NCBI GenBank assembly: GCA_049724395.1
Contig: JAUGWO010000020.1
Span: 124,001 to 180,077, forward strand
Source: Spongospora subterranea f. sp. subterranea
Taxonomy: Eukaryota
DNA: 56,077 nt
Reading direction: 5' to 3'
The translations under genes and the position numbers were made by a program. How positions within the stretch are numbered: the first letter of the stretch is position 1; every line of letters starts with the position of its first letter. Of this stretch, positions 13,085-29,272 are shown in pieces. A model generated the notes under the pieces. It was not told the origin of the DNA. It saw only the letters and a list, made by a program, of their open reading frames with translations, and made no database searches.

Positions 13085-13984
13085 TCATCGCTCAGGTCAT
13101 TGCGTAATAATTAAAGCAGCCATTTAAGCCTGTCCTTGAACTGATTGGGGAGCTTCTTGCCGACGAAGGCTGCGCTTTTGCATCCATCGTGCTCTGTGAC
13201 CGATTGATTATAGATTGCCACAAATCAAACTGAAACGAAGGCGATTGACCGACAGCCGCGTATTACAATCCGGCACCGTTCGGACGACGTTCCAATATTG
13301 AAATAAGACTGTACGAAATGCGCGCGTTCAGTAAACCCATTCTGCAGCCACTTACGGGCGATCAATCGTTGGTCCCGTACATAGAACTACCGCCTGTCGA
13401 ATACTGCTCGGCATCAGCACCGCGAACAAGGTCGTTGAGTTTCCGTCATTGCAGGAATGCAAGTCGCTCGCCCAACAAACAAATTCTTTTAAGTACGTTT
13501 AAGGCGCGGTTTCAAGATTCAACATAGCGGGCCAATGGCAAACTGTTCAAGAAAATAAAATTAAATTCTTTAGACAGGATTAAGCCAGCCATGCGAGATT
13601 GACACAACTAAATCTCTACACATCTCAGATGGCAGGTAGGTGCAGTAAAGTCTCCGTACAATAACCAGGACGACGCACTGAAATCCAGCGGTAATGAATG
13701 GTGAATGTTTGCGAAAGACCGCGCGGTGTGACCCCAGGAAGACAGGCGATAGCAATTGGTCTGTCTGACAATATCAATTAACATTTCGAGGTCGTGCCGG
13801 CGCGCCTCTGGTTAACGTTTGACATCAGAGTGGGCGTGGACTCGTCCGATCAACTTGTGACTGCATCATTTACGTTAATAATATCTCCAAAACTGAATAC
13901 AGTTTTCAGCTCGACCCGAAACCCGTATCTTATCGAGCGCTAGACGACTTCATCCGCTCGCATAGGACGCACAGGAACCATTAT

Positions 13985-16900
13985 ATGGGGGTACCAAAAT
14001 TCTATCGATGGCTGAGTGAGCGATACCCTTTGATTAATCAAGCAGTAAAGAGATGGAATTTGTCCAGAATTCGGTTAGGCATTTTTTTATGTGCCAGTTT
14101 TCTTTCTCTTAATTTTGCTCAAGATTGTTTTTATCTGGATATGAACGGTATTATCCATGTCGCCACTCATGGACCAGGCGTAGACCCAACACAGCCATTA
14201 TCGGAAGGTGGTAAAGGTTGAACGTCAGTTCGCAATAATCTGAACTGGATCTATAGATATGGCCATGTCAAATGTGTTTAAATACATTGATAAAGTCGTC
14301 AGAATCGGTAGACCCAATCGCCTATTGTATATGTGTCTTGATGGTGTTGCGCCGCGGGCCAAAATGAACCAGCAAAGACAAAGGCGATTTCGCTCCGCTA
14401 AAGAAACTGAAGAAGTATTTTTTTTGCCCTTGATTTTATTTGTAGCACGGACGTGTTTATCTTATCTCTTTCTAGATACGTACTCGCGCCATTAACAGTG
14501 GTGAGTTACATCCAGATTCCGTCCTTTTTGATTCGAACTGCATAACTCCTGGGACAACATTTATGGCCAACGTTAGTGCGACAGCATACTTGTTTGTCCA
14601 CTTTGTAACTTATATTTCAGCTCACAACGCATCTCAAGTTCTTCATTCAAAAAAAAATTCAAGAAGACCCTCTGTGGAAACAGTTTACCGTTTTATTTTC
14701 AGGTCATGAGGTTGGTCGTTGGCAATCTTCAGGCAATATTTCGTGTTAATATTGCGTAGGTTCCTGGAGAAGCTGAGCATAAAATCATGCGATATATCAG
14801 GTGCATGAAAACTACCAGCAATTATGACCCAAATACCAGACACCTCTTGTATGGGCTCGATGCGGATCTTATTTTCCTCTCTCTGGCGACCCATGAGCCC
14901 CATTTTGCACTTCTTCGAGAAGAAGTAACCTTCGGTAACCCGAGGTGACATCTATGGTCGAATTTCGTGGCACAGCGCCAACAATACTGTTTTAGGAAAT
15001 CCAATGATGCACGCCCAGTAATGGCCCCTGAAGATCATTTTCAACTACTGCATATCTCCGTATTACGAGATTGCTTGGAACATGTATGTCCCCTGGTTGT
15101 TTCATCATCGACCTGTAATGGTATTCCGCTGCAGGAATTTCGTGCCGTTGATATTCCCTTTGGATTCGATCTAGAAAGAATCATTGATGATTGGGTTTTT
15201 ATTTCCTTCTTCGTCGGGAACGATTTTATACCAAACCTTCCTTCTGTCGATATTCATCATGGTTGTCTTGATAGGATGATCGGCATCTATAAATCACTTC
15301 TATCGAAATTTACTGGTAATTCGACAGAATGCGTCGTTCATGCCTAATTTCGATGTGTAGGGTATATCACTGATTCGGGGTCCATCAATGATGAACGCCT
15401 AGAAATGCTTCTTCATCGCTTATCCGAATTTGAACTTGAAGTTTTGGAGATGCTGAAAGAAGACCAGCAGAGAATGAATAAAAGGCGCAATTATAATAAC
15501 AAGGGTAAAAATAATGTCGATCGACTTCCTGTATTTGCCGACAATGGATCCGATTCCGACCCTGAGGATTTGCAATCTGTCAGTAGTGGATATTGATTAT
15601 TGTCATCTGCAGTAATGTGGTTCTAGGCTGTAATCAGTCTTGAATTAGAAGAAGACGACCTGATGGAATTGTACTATCACGACAAGTGGGGAAGTATAAA
15701 TGGACGATCCACTAGAGTTATTTAAACTATGCCAATCATACATCGAGGGTAATGCTAAGATTGTATTATTTAGAAATTTAGTTCAACGTGGTCGTTAGGA
15801 CTGCACTGGGTTCTTCTGTACTATTACCAGGGAAATCCGTCTTGGAATTGGTATTATCCATATTTTTACGCTCCTCTGGCGTCGTCTTTTCGAAACATAT
15901 CTCAGTATCGTGTTTCGTTTTCATTGGGCACCCCATTTCTACCATTCGAACAACTGCTAGGCGTCCTACCTCCATCCAGTGGCGCTCTGATTCCAGCTCC
16001 TTTATCCCAGCTAATGGTCGATCCAGCGTCTCCGATCGTTGAATTTTACCCTCGCGATTTTAAAGTGGATATGAATGGAAAAGCGTAATTTGTTTGCTTT
16101 GTGGGTTGCTTTTATTTACAGTTTTATCAGCAATGATTGGGAAGGGTTCTGTTTGATTCCGTTTGTTGACGAAGAAAGGTTAATCGAAAGCATTCGTTCA
16201 CTGCCGGCGTCAGCTTTCACTAAAAAAGAGCTGCAACGTAATCGTCATGGTTCAGAACTTACGTTTAGGTCAGTGTTTATTGCTTACATGTCTTTTTATT
16301 TCCCTAATGTCGATTTAGGTATGACCCTAACGTATCGTACCAGGTGCAATCAACTATTCCTGGAGTTTTTGCCTCGCTTAACTCCAGGTAGACTGTTTCA
16401 ACATTTAGATCACCATCATTCTGAATTTGTTGTCTAGTCACTGCCGAATTGATTTGTTCAACGAACCTCGTATTCCAGGAGATGGCGTTTTCCGAAGTCA
16501 TTTATGTCCAGGGGTGAAATTTCCTGCAGCAAGTTTCCCATGCGTGAACATTTTGAACCTGTCAATGGCGCTTGCAAATGCTGTAGTGTTCATCTTTTGC
16601 CCGCGTCCGATTTGATTTTTTATTTTATGTCTTTAGGGTGTTAATGTTTTTGGTCGGGAAAGCAAACGCGAATCACTTGTTTCCACTATCATTGAAGATC
16701 CTGCGATATCGTATCTGGACCGGGCTCGCGCCCTTCTTGGAAAATCCTGTATTGTCGAGTACGTCGGCTGCTAGTATCCGGTTCTTCAACAGTGCTTTAA
16801 AATTCAATTATAGTTGGCCATTTCTAAGGGACGCTATTTTGGTTTCTGTGTCAACCCCAGAAGTTCAATATACCACGAAGGATCCTGCCGTCGGAGTTGC

Positions 16901-19636
16901 GATTCCTCTGCCAAAGGTGCTTGAATTTAAAAAAAAAATGGATGCTGATCGTGTGAAGCTTCTTTCTTCTCGCGCAGTAGATATCGGCTCCGAACAGGTT
17001 GTTGCCCTTCTGTTGGCATTCTTTTTTTGAAAATAACGTCTTTTTAATTTCAACTTTGCGTTGTTTAGGTCCAAATTGAGGTTCGGCTGTTCACTGGAAT
17101 GAAAAGGAAGAGTTCCGGTTCTTTGGAGCAAGAATTTTCTGCTCTAACAACGTTTGTTCCCGCCCAGGTGCATGAGTTTTGTGTTGTGTGTGTTATGCTG
17201 TGTTTGCTAACGTTTTGGACAGCTGTTAGTCGCTGCTCGAATGACAATCGATAATCGATTTGTCGATCGCCCGGCGCAGTCCATCCAGCAGGAGTTTCCC
17301 CTGCAGTGCACTGTTGTGTTTATTGGTACACCGGTGCACCTATACGGTTCGATCGGAAAAGTTCTTGGATACTCTGGAGGCGTTAGTATTCCTGCAATAA
17401 CCAACTTATTTCTGCTCATCGGTTTCTTAGAATGGCTTAAAAATTGAACTTGAACAGCATCCAGCCGAGTTAAGTTTTGGGCCCGAAATTTGCCAAAACT
17501 TTGAAACAAACGTATCAATGCTAATCTTTATTATCCTTGCAATGACACAACATTCACAGGATAGATGGTTTCCCAGCTTCAAGGTAGCTGGTATGCTCCG
17601 TTTGAGTCCATCTGCTCTTGGGAAAATCTCGTCAGCACAATTGGCGAACCCAGGCAAAGTCAATATAGGTGATATTTATATCAGTTTCCGTCCTTTTCTT
17701 GAATGACATGTCCTCATCTAAGGTCTCAATCTGAAATTCGTTCAAAGGCAGTTGATGGTTCCTGGATATACTCGCGTTGTTATGAGTCCTGCAAGGACCA
17801 GCGTTTGGGAATATTCACTGACCGCAGTCCGACTTATAGAATCATATCTAGAGCATTTTCCCGAAATTGCTGATATACTCGAGGCATCATCGGAAAAGAA
17901 TCGTAGATGCTCACAACTTTGTTCCTGACGCTAAAGTAATCAATGCTAAGACTTATCATTGACAAATTTTTGAGTTTTCGTTTTCTAGGAATATCTCTCA
18001 CGAGTTTCCTTGTACCTGAAGTCGCTGTCCTGTGCCCATTTGCCGATGGTCCCGCCCACCAGTCGTATGATCTCACCTGACACGATTGTCGAAATTGAGA
18101 GGGTTCAAAATCAAGTAGTCGCCGCCAAGCGTCCCCCAGTTTTGATGAGATATGAAACCATTTCTAAGAAATTTCTATACAAACACGCGCAGCGTGTCCA
18201 ATGGTCGCCTAATGACCTCAGCCATTTCCATCTTGGAAATCGAGTGATGTTTCTTGGTGGCTATCATGGTGTCCCTTTTGGAATGAAGGGAAACATTGTC
18301 GGTATTCATGAAGGTTTTTTTTTGTTTCTGCATTGTTCCCATTCTATTATATTTATTTCGTTTCAAACAATCTTCAGGTGAAGTCGAGGTCGTGTTTGAC
18401 GAGTGTATATTGAGCGGCAGCGATCTGCACGGCAGATGCAGTGCATCACGGGGGCTACGGCTTCCATCGAAATGTCTCCTCAACATTGATCAGCCATCTG
18501 TCTCTCAAACTAACGACGTTTCTGTATCCCACGCTGCGACAAAACCGACGGTGCTGAAAGTGCATGCTCAGCGCGTTTCAGAAGCTAGTCATTCCGTTGT
18601 TCAGACAAAGGCGAGGGCTGATAGCAAGTCTTATCGCCCCAAAGCTGTCCAACCTCCAACCCCTTACCGACCGCCACTAATAGCCACAACTGCGACGCCA
18701 TCTCTATACGTCCATGACAACCTTAACTTGACTCCTCGCACATGGCAATCTGTACCGCAATCTCAGTCGTCGCCAGTCGAAAACGTCGCTATCCAACCAC
18801 AGGCACCGGTTTTTTCTGCAAGGTCTTCTCGCACGCCGAAATTTCGTCAATCTCCGGTTACAACCTCTACCGTCGAACAGTCTCCCCCTTTCAAAAATGC
18901 CACCGCTGCGTCTGCAAACTCTGTGAGCAGGCCAGCGACCGTCCAGCAGCCAGCACTCCAATCAATGCCAAGGTCGCAATTATCGTGTCCAGATAGCATC
19001 TCTATCGCACCGCAGGCTATTATTGCTTCTAATAATGGTAATCATGTATCGGGACGTCAATTTATTCCACCCAGGAAAGACTCTGTACTCCTAACGCCTT
19101 GTTATGTACTCGAGCAATCTTTCGAAACGGCTGTGGACACTCCTGGGAAAGATAAAGTTTATTCTAACATCTGGGAAAGCCTACAAGAGCAAGCTGACTC
19201 GCGCAAAGCCGCTTGCAATGCGGCACCAATTCCGAATCAGGCGATGAGGAGATCCGCACCGCCTCCATTTCCCAATCGCAGGGTTTCACGGTTTCCGCAA
19301 AGTGCCAGGCGTGGTGCTGATCTGTTGATGGAGCAATCAGTGAGGGATGCCGGATCACGGTCACATCATCATGGTATTCGCATGCTTGATGTTCTTATGC
19401 TTGTTATTAATATTTCTGCAGCGTCGAGATCTCAATTGGCCCAAAATTTAAATTATTCTCATTCTCAGCGCTTGTCTGCTCCAATCCGTGTGCAGGGTAA
19501 TCCACATGCCCATGCGTCCGATCATAGAACAAGCGTTTCTCAGCATCAAAATCATCAGCTCGACTCTGAGTCTGCGGTTTCGACATACCGGCCGTTCAGG
19601 AGCTACCAATGTTCCAGTGCATTGCCGCAAAAATAA
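13985..19636 (+). CDS. XRN1: 5'-3' exoribonuclease 1, many introns, low-complexity C-terminal tail
   Basis: Motifs [55 protein letters not shown] and VGNDFIP, plus the XRN1-type SH3-like [12 protein letters not shown]...VEVVFD. Apparent +1 base near 14047-14049. Confidence 0.93.
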
Positions 19637-19792
19637 GGTTTATTTAAGCATGGGATCACGAAAGTCACCTTGTGAAGAATCCTGCGGCACGTTATTCTTC
19701 ATTCACAGTTTGGCAATCGATCTCATGTAAAAAACGTCGAATAATGGCGGTCATAAACAAGTGTATTTTACAGACAGCAAAACCGTGTACAT

Positions 19793-20828
19793 TTATTGTG
19801 TGGACAGAGCGTCTTCGAGCTCGCCAGCTTCTAATAGTTCATTGACGATATCAAGCCCACCGAGCAACTGCCCACGAACGTAGAGCTGAGGATACGTTGG
19901 CCACTGCGATAACTTCTTGAGCCCTTCTCGGACATCGTTGTCTTCAAAAATATTGAAATATCCGAATTCAACACGTTGTTCCCGTAAAATATGCACGATT
20001 TTGTTGCTAAAACCGCACTGTGGTTGCGTTGGTGTTCCTTTCATAAACAACATGATTGGAGATGATGAAATTAGTGCCTTCAGCCGCTCATCCAAAGATT
20101 GTTCAGGGGCAGCGACGCATTGCTTCAGCAAAGCATCAAGTTTTCCGGCTTTATCCATGTCTTTGATAGCATCAAGTCCTCCGACAAGCTAAAGTAATAT
20201 TCAGCATTGACCTTATGTTGCCAAAAATTTCTGACAAACCTGCCCGGCAACCCATACTTGAGGATAGGTCTGCAACTCGGAAAATAAACCATTTAGCTCC
20301 TGGCGCACCTCCTCGTTAGTCAAAATATTAAAATGCCCAAACCGGCAGGACTTGTTCCTCAGAAATGCGACAATTTCGCGGCTGAGGGCACATTGCGGTG
20401 CATCAGGAGTGCCATTCATAAACACCATAACCGGGCGAGCGTTGATCAAATTTCTAACCTGTTCTTGAATGGTTACATCTTCTGCTTTTTTTGTGGACAC
20501 CGGGGGGGCCATTCTTGACAATTCTGATACGGCTTTCATTGCTTTTGGGACATCGACTCCTTCAATTGTGTCGATAACACACTCACCGTGCAAAATAACG
20601 GTAGTTGGTACCGATTTAATTCCGAATTTTTCCGATAACTCGGGGGGCATTACAGGCGTCAACAGTGACGACGCTCACATCGGTAAAATCAGCAGCCAGC
20701 TGTTCAAACAGCGATAGCATCTGCTTGCAGGGCTCATGCCAGGAAGCGAAAAAAAGCAAGGCAACTTTTCCATTGCGTCGCGCGACCTGGGTCAACTCCT
20801 CGGGATGCGAAATGGCCATTGCCGTCAT
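19793..20828 (-). CDS. GLRX3: Multidomain monothiol glutaredoxin (Trx-Grx-Grx; PICOT/Grx3)
   Basis: Trx-like [12 protein letters not shown], Grx1 with PQCALS, Grx2 with [13 protein letters not shown]...WPTYPQLY...GGLDI. Intron ~20189-20240. Extra base in the G6 run at 20642-20647. Confidence 0.93.
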
Positions 20829-21693
20829 GATCGTACAAGAACAATGGCAATGGACAGTAGAAGTCGGGAGTTGGGACTGCAAATCGCGGAAAATGCGCCA
20901 GTGACTCCAGGAAGTCAAACGTACAAAACTGCGCAACAGGCACCATGGCCATCGTTCATACTGTAAACGGAAAAATCGCATCGACAATGAACTCAAGTTC
21001 ATAATTTTTTAGGCGATCCTCAGTGTCGCTGCGTTCTTCCTTCCGCGAAAATTTAAAATTGCAACCGCAAAGCCGCGTGGCTACTGCAAGGACTCGTTGC
21101 TAATTGATGATTCAAAAGTGACCAAAATTATCCTAAATTTCGTCTTGTACACCATGATGAATTTCAATCTGGGTAGTAGAGCGGTTTGAGATTTATCGGA
21201 GTTTGATTAACGCTAAACGAGATGATTGACGAGATCGCACAGGTTGTCTTGCGAGCCTGTGCCGCTTTTAAGACTCAATGCATCTGCTAGTCTAGGAATC
21301 TCAATGAGGGTGTATTCGCCAGTTGGCCGTTCGTCTTAGAAATTGGAAGACCCAATTGATTTTCAGCTTCTTTTCAGCAACAGACTGAACATTCATTTTG
21401 CAAAACAAGTTTATATACCTATGTAAAAACCTCTGCCGTGATTCAGATTTTCAACGAATTCCAGATAGGTTATGACACAAGATGGCGCTGCGTCGCCAGA
21501 TTCCCCGGCGAACTGTTGAAGCTTCGAAAGTTGTATCAAGTGCAATTTACGATTACCAGGAAACTCTCCAATTGAAAATTTTGGAACTGCACAAACGCCA
21601 AAACAAGCTAAAGTGGACTTGAATGATGATATTGAGCGGGATATTATGTGAAAATCTAAAAGTGGCCAGCGTGTGCCCACCAACATTATTTTG

Positions 21694-22161
21694 ATGTCGG
21701 CCGAAACTCTAACGCATCCGCAGGCCGCTTCGGACCTGCTTCGGTTCGTGACCGAGTCGCGTGGATCATATCAATGGCCAGCTGTGATTGCCAAGGAATC
21801 GCAGTCGAAGGCATGGATCTGCACCACTGAACCTTTCCAGACCACCGACGTTCGTGAAGGTTTGGATCGCCATATGATCTTTACACATCTCGGTGCCGAA
21901 GATGTCAACGCGCGTTTCTCAACGTCGTCGGCGAGAATGTCGGAGAAGCTGGCTCACAAGGAAAAAAACCCGACGTCGCTGTCGGTGACAAAACGGGCGA
22001 AATGGAACGCGGATCGCGTGCATTGCAGTCGATCGTCCGGCCATTTCTGCAGTCAATCCAAGGCGAGTTATGGACCCATAGGACAAGATGCCTTACAGGA
22101 ACAAATCAAGATCAATCGAGCTGCGCGACAACATGTTGCTCCATCTCTACAATTCTTCTGA
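21694..22161 (+). CDS. Hypothetical protein (~155 aa)
   Basis: ATG-TGA ORF with coding-like composition between AT-richer flanks. No family recognised. Confidence 0.5.
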   Translation: MSAETLTHPQAASDLLRFVTESRGSYQWPAVIAKESQSKAWICTTEPFQTTDVREGLDRHMIFTHLGAEDVNARFSTSSARMSEKLAHKEKNPTSLSVTKRAKWNADRVHCSRSSGHFCSQSKASYGPIGQDALQEQIKINRAARQHVAPSLQFF

Positions 22162-22675
22162 ACCACTCCTGGCTTTCTGTCTCAACGACACAATGTTTGC
22201 CATCATTGATAAAACTCAAATCACAACAAAACGTGCTTTGACCACTGTTCTACCGCTTGAATAGATATCTCGGAAGAGCATCAATTATCGAAAACAACAC
22301 ACGGTACAACGCCAGGTCAATGTCACCGGCGTGTGAGTGTAAGGTGCGGACGCTGTGGACGGTCAACGGTGCCATCAACAGTGGGGCAATAATTTGGTGC
22401 GAACCTATGTAGCCGATATTTTGCGCAGCTCCGGCAGTCTCCAGATATTGCGGAAAAAATATAGTGCGAGGTGTATTGAAAATCTGGGACGCCATGGAAA
22501 TTTGAAATACAGCGTGTGCACACCTTCACCTTTCACAGTAATCTTCTCACGTGTCGATAAGGGTGGCGGCCTGGCGAAAATCGCAGCGAAAATACCCTTC
22601 TCCGTTAGATAAACGTTTGCGGGATTCGCGGCTGCCTGCAGGCGATCCCCAGTTTTTCTCGGTTTCTCTAGATAG

Positions 22676-25350
<2,675 letters not shown>

Positions 25351-25458
25351 CCAGTTTCTGACTCTATAGTTTCTCTCAATTTATAAATGTCACGTTCAAA
25401 AGCATCGCTGCTTTAATGTTATGATATTGTTATTACTATTATATAATACCTCGAAGTC

Positions 25459-26022
25459 TCATTCGCTTTTCTGAGGCCGAGACAAACCCAGCTGAAGGAG
25501 CAAATGTTGTACGCCTTTGAGCAGAGCTAAAACCCCCAGAATAACGAGCAGAAACCACGCGAGGGCCAGGAGAAACGCGACGGCAACCAGGCCAAGAAGA
25601 AAGAAGGCGATGGTGGCGATCCAGAAGACCGTGGCCAGGGCGACGCCAGAAACAACGAGGCACGCGATGAGCAGGAATGGCCACGAGACAAACAGGCCCA
25701 GTGTTATGGACGCCGTCGTACCTGGATTACGCTTGGCTTTGGCCACTTGGCGATGAACCACTTTCATGAACGAGCCAACGATCTGGTTGGTCATTGACAT
25801 TTTTGCGGGTACGTCGATGTCATTGTCATTGGACAACTGTTGAAATAGATCATCGTCGGCGGTCATTTTCATGGTGATCTCGCTATCGGATGATCGCTCT
25901 GTGTCGTAATCGCATTCCTCATCCGGCAGTGTCTTGATCGAATGCGGGGCGCTGCCGAATTCACGGTTGACGGATTCACCGCCGGACATTGTCAATGCGG
26001 GCTCACTCTCCACGACAGTCAT
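25459..26022 (-). CDS. Hypothetical membrane or lipid-droplet-type protein
   Basis: Acidic N-terminal half followed by a >60-residue uncharged hydrophobic segment. Confidence 0.65.
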   Translation of the reverse strand: MTVVESEPALTMSGGESVNREFGSAPHSIKTLPDEECDYDTERSSDSEITMKMTADDDLFQQLSNDNDIDVPAKMSMTNQIVGSFMKVVHRQVAKAKRNPGTTASITLGLFVSWPFLLIACLVVSGVALATVFWIATIAFFLLGLVAVAFLLALAWFLLVILGVLALLKGVQHLLLQLGLSRPQKSE

Positions 26023-26701
26023 GATAAAATCGGACTCCGATTGCGATACGAACGTCGGTTGTACTTGGTCGATTGGCCGATCCGTCAAAACAGAGATTGA
26101 AAGATGTGTCGAGAGAGAGAGAGAATGGACAGTGGCTTGACCCTTTAAAATCCTAATAACCCCCTACCGTTACCGTATAATATTCTGGCGGGGACCGCTA
26201 TCTTCATATACACACTATATTTGCGCCACCGCCTTTTTATGTTTCAATTCCGGCCGGCCCCCCAGTCAATCCGCCATGTACACAGTGTAGCGCCGCATGG
26301 CATTTCAACGGTACGGTGATTCCGTGGGTCGCCACAAGGTGATCATCTGTGGCCAGAATACCCAGATTCACTTGGTCGACACTGACGGTCTGAACAGAGG
26401 CATCATAAAATCTCGACGATATCCATTGATGCTCAAACCTCTCGACTGACGATTTTTTTTCGTGTTCACAAGTGTCAGTGTCGTCTGTCGGATCTCTGAA
26501 TTTTCCGCTGGCTGTGTAGCTCTGTAGATAAACAAACATCGGCTGTCGACCTGAGCTCAGATTATGTGTCTCGAGGTCTGCTATATAGTGAAGATCTGAA
26601 CCCGTCTCCATCATTTTTTTGGTTAGTCCCTGCTGCCGACGTTGGTGGACTCCAGTGCTGAAAGGCTTTTGATATCTGCACCCCAACCGCACCCCAATTT
26701 G

Positions 26702-28322
26702 TGTTAGAACAGGATATAAGGGCGTCTGTAGCGATTCTCTTATCGAGTATTGATTAGCAAAACTAGTGTTTTTGTTGCTGGTTAAGATAAGGTTGCAAAT
26801 CCATATTTGTATGGCGAGAAGTCGAGCGCACAGGCTCGGTGATGTCTCTTTTCAACTCGGTGATCCTACTGACGCTTCGAACCAAAATCTATAGTTTTTT
26901 CCTCCGAGGGCTGATGTGCGAGCAGTCATCAATCACTGTAAAGTTAACTCCTATGTGGGTGGGCAAAGACAGAATCAGTGGCTAGGTCAAGGTACTTCCC
27001 GTCGACATTCTCATTGAGTATTTGGAACTCAGTTCAAATTGCCAGATACAGCATAGGATGCTACGACTCGTAAACACAGTATTAATAAAGTCAGTAATTA
27101 CTTCCTCTTTTTGGTAATCACCCGTTCTGATCATCAGCCCGTTCCCCCGTGTCGTTTCCGTCTGCGTCAGGCAACAATTTCCAGTCCCCGGTTCCCCCCG
27201 TGACAGAGTAATTCAATCACAACATGATTCCGACGAGTGCTCTCATTGATCATGCTGAAACATTCCCTCGGTGAGGGAGTCTGACCATATCCCCGACACT
27301 GTGCAGTTGGAAAACAGGATTGCAGATCTGCTAACACAATTGATAACTTGCTCTAACTTCGAGAACCGGTACCGATTCTCAAAGAACCTCGAGTTTTACT
27401 GCCAAACCCATTCGACGGCTCTGCGAAAGCTGTTCGTGGCTTTGTCAATCAGGTTCGTCTGATTATTCTTCATGGCCCGCGGTCCTACCCGACCGACGTC
27501 TCTCACGTCACGCTGGTAGGCGGTCTGCTCATTGGCGCCGCGTTAGATTGGTGGAACCCTCTATCCGAGCGGAACGACCCTGTTTTACACAGTTTCGGCC
27601 TGTTTATTACTCTTTTGAAGTCACGGTTCGATGACACCACCCGAGTGGTCTCCGCCGAGACCAGCTCAGGTATGTCAGACAAGGCACCAGATCAGTTGCA
27701 GAATACGCATCAGAGGTTCAACTGCTGTTGGCTGATTCCGGTTGGAACGATGCTGCTGGTCCGCATGCTTTCCGGTGCGGTTTAAATAACAGCATCCAAG
27801 GTATGTTGATTATTTACCATGCCCGCATGTAAAACCCTGGAAGAAGTGATGGCGCAAGCAAATGTCATCGAAGCGCATACGCCAGCGTCGTTTCTGCATG
27901 TTGTCTTGCCCCACTTTCCACTACCTGCTGCGAACGGCCGACTACCCAATTTTCGTTCTCTTCCACAGTTTCCCGCTCCTGCTTTTAATCATCGCAGGGG
28001 ACTACCAGCTCGCTTCACCTCCACCAACACTGGTGTGGCTCCCATGGTACTTGATGAGGTGTCGGCATCAGATAAAAATCCTTCTGAGGAACCCGATTCG
28101 GTAAACCAGCCCCGAGGAAAACTGAATCCGATGGAGAGAGATCGAAGATTGAGACAACGACTTTGCCTCAACTGCGGTGACGAAAGCCACGTCATCGCCA
28201 ACTGTAAACTGAGAATCCTCTCATTACGTTCTCATCTGTCATTGTTTCGTAAAGCGCGAGTGAGTTCAAAGCAATTCATTGTCGAACCAGCAATGATTGT
28301 TCAATGTGCCATCGATGTATGA
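26702..28322 (+). mobile_element. Degenerate Ty3/gypsy fragment: putative 5' LTR plus frameshifted gag
   Basis: Frames from ~27395 read LPNPFDGSAKAVRGFVNQV...LIGAALDWW...RQGTRSVAEYAS...PMVLD...CLNCGDESHVIANC, homologous to the gag at 52124, with at least 2 frameshifts. The LTR (TGT 26702...ACA 27205, AATAAA inside) is tentative. Confidence 0.8.
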
Positions 28323-28374
28323 TGGCCAATACTCAGGGAGTTATATATGAATTAAATACAGATACCAAACGCCA

Positions 28375-29135
28375 TTACCAATCGTCGTCGTCATCAGACA
28401 CATCGTCAATACTCTTGCTCGCTCCATACGATATTTTGGTCTGATCAAGTGCTCGCCTCGGATCCTCATCCAGCTGTGATTGCAAGATTCCATCGACGGC
28501 GCGGCTCAGAACCCACTCCACCACATCGGCGTTGGTCTTCATTCCTGCCCATGCCGTCAGGTGCAAAAATTGGGCCAAAACCTGTCCTCGTCGGTAAACC
28601 AGCACCGTTGGGCAGTTTCCTGGCGGGAATTTCGCGATGGCCTCTTGTGCGACAATTTTCACGAACTTGACGGCGGGAAATCGACGAGCAACCTCGGCGA
28701 GGCATCGGTTTAGCAGGGCGCATGCTTCCGATCCGTTATCCATCAGATGCACGACGACGAAGCTTTCATCGCTGGCGATCGTCACCGCCTCCTTGTAATC
28801 AGTCTGCCCAACGTGGTATAACGACCCGAACCGGTTTACCGAGCGTAGCTGCTTCAGTTCCTGCAAGCGCTTCCGCCGGTAGAACTCCAGTGAATCTTCC
28901 GTCGATGTCGTCCTCACATTCCTGGAGTTGCTTTAGGGACAGGGAATCCAGAGGGTTCCTGAACGCAAAATCCTAAACGCTCCACGACAATCAAGAAACC
29001 TGGCGTCGGCGCTTACACCGATTCCAGTGCCTCGAGCGCGGCCATATGCTTCTCCTCGTCGGTCGGTTTCCGTTCCGGTGCCTGCATTATTCCATGGCGG
29101 ATCAGGGCGTCCTCCCATTCGGTCTTGCCGGCCAT
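28375..29135 (-). CDS. PDCL3: Phosducin-like protein (PhLP2/PDCL3 type)
   Basis: Motifs TEWEDALIRHGI, YRRKRLQELK...RFGSL, VVVHL and AVKFVKI...PTVLVYRRG. Intron ~28973-29018. Extra base at 28899-28900. Confidence 0.9.
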
Positions 29136-29272
29136 CCTCACACAATATGCTCCGGACTAATGTTCGGGCGCGTGTTCAACACAGTCAAGATATTTCGCCA
29201 TCTGCCGTGACCGAGTCCTGGAATATCACAGACAATTAATGAAGTGGGCACTACATTTTATTGTTTTGATAA

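Noticed and set aside
18500..19636. Long Ser/Pro/Gln-rich ORF as a separate gene
   Set aside because: It is continuous with the last conserved XRN1 domain and is the usual disordered tail.
26237..26692. 151-aa minus-strand ORF next to the gag relic
   Set aside because: Non-ATG start and no recognisable motif.
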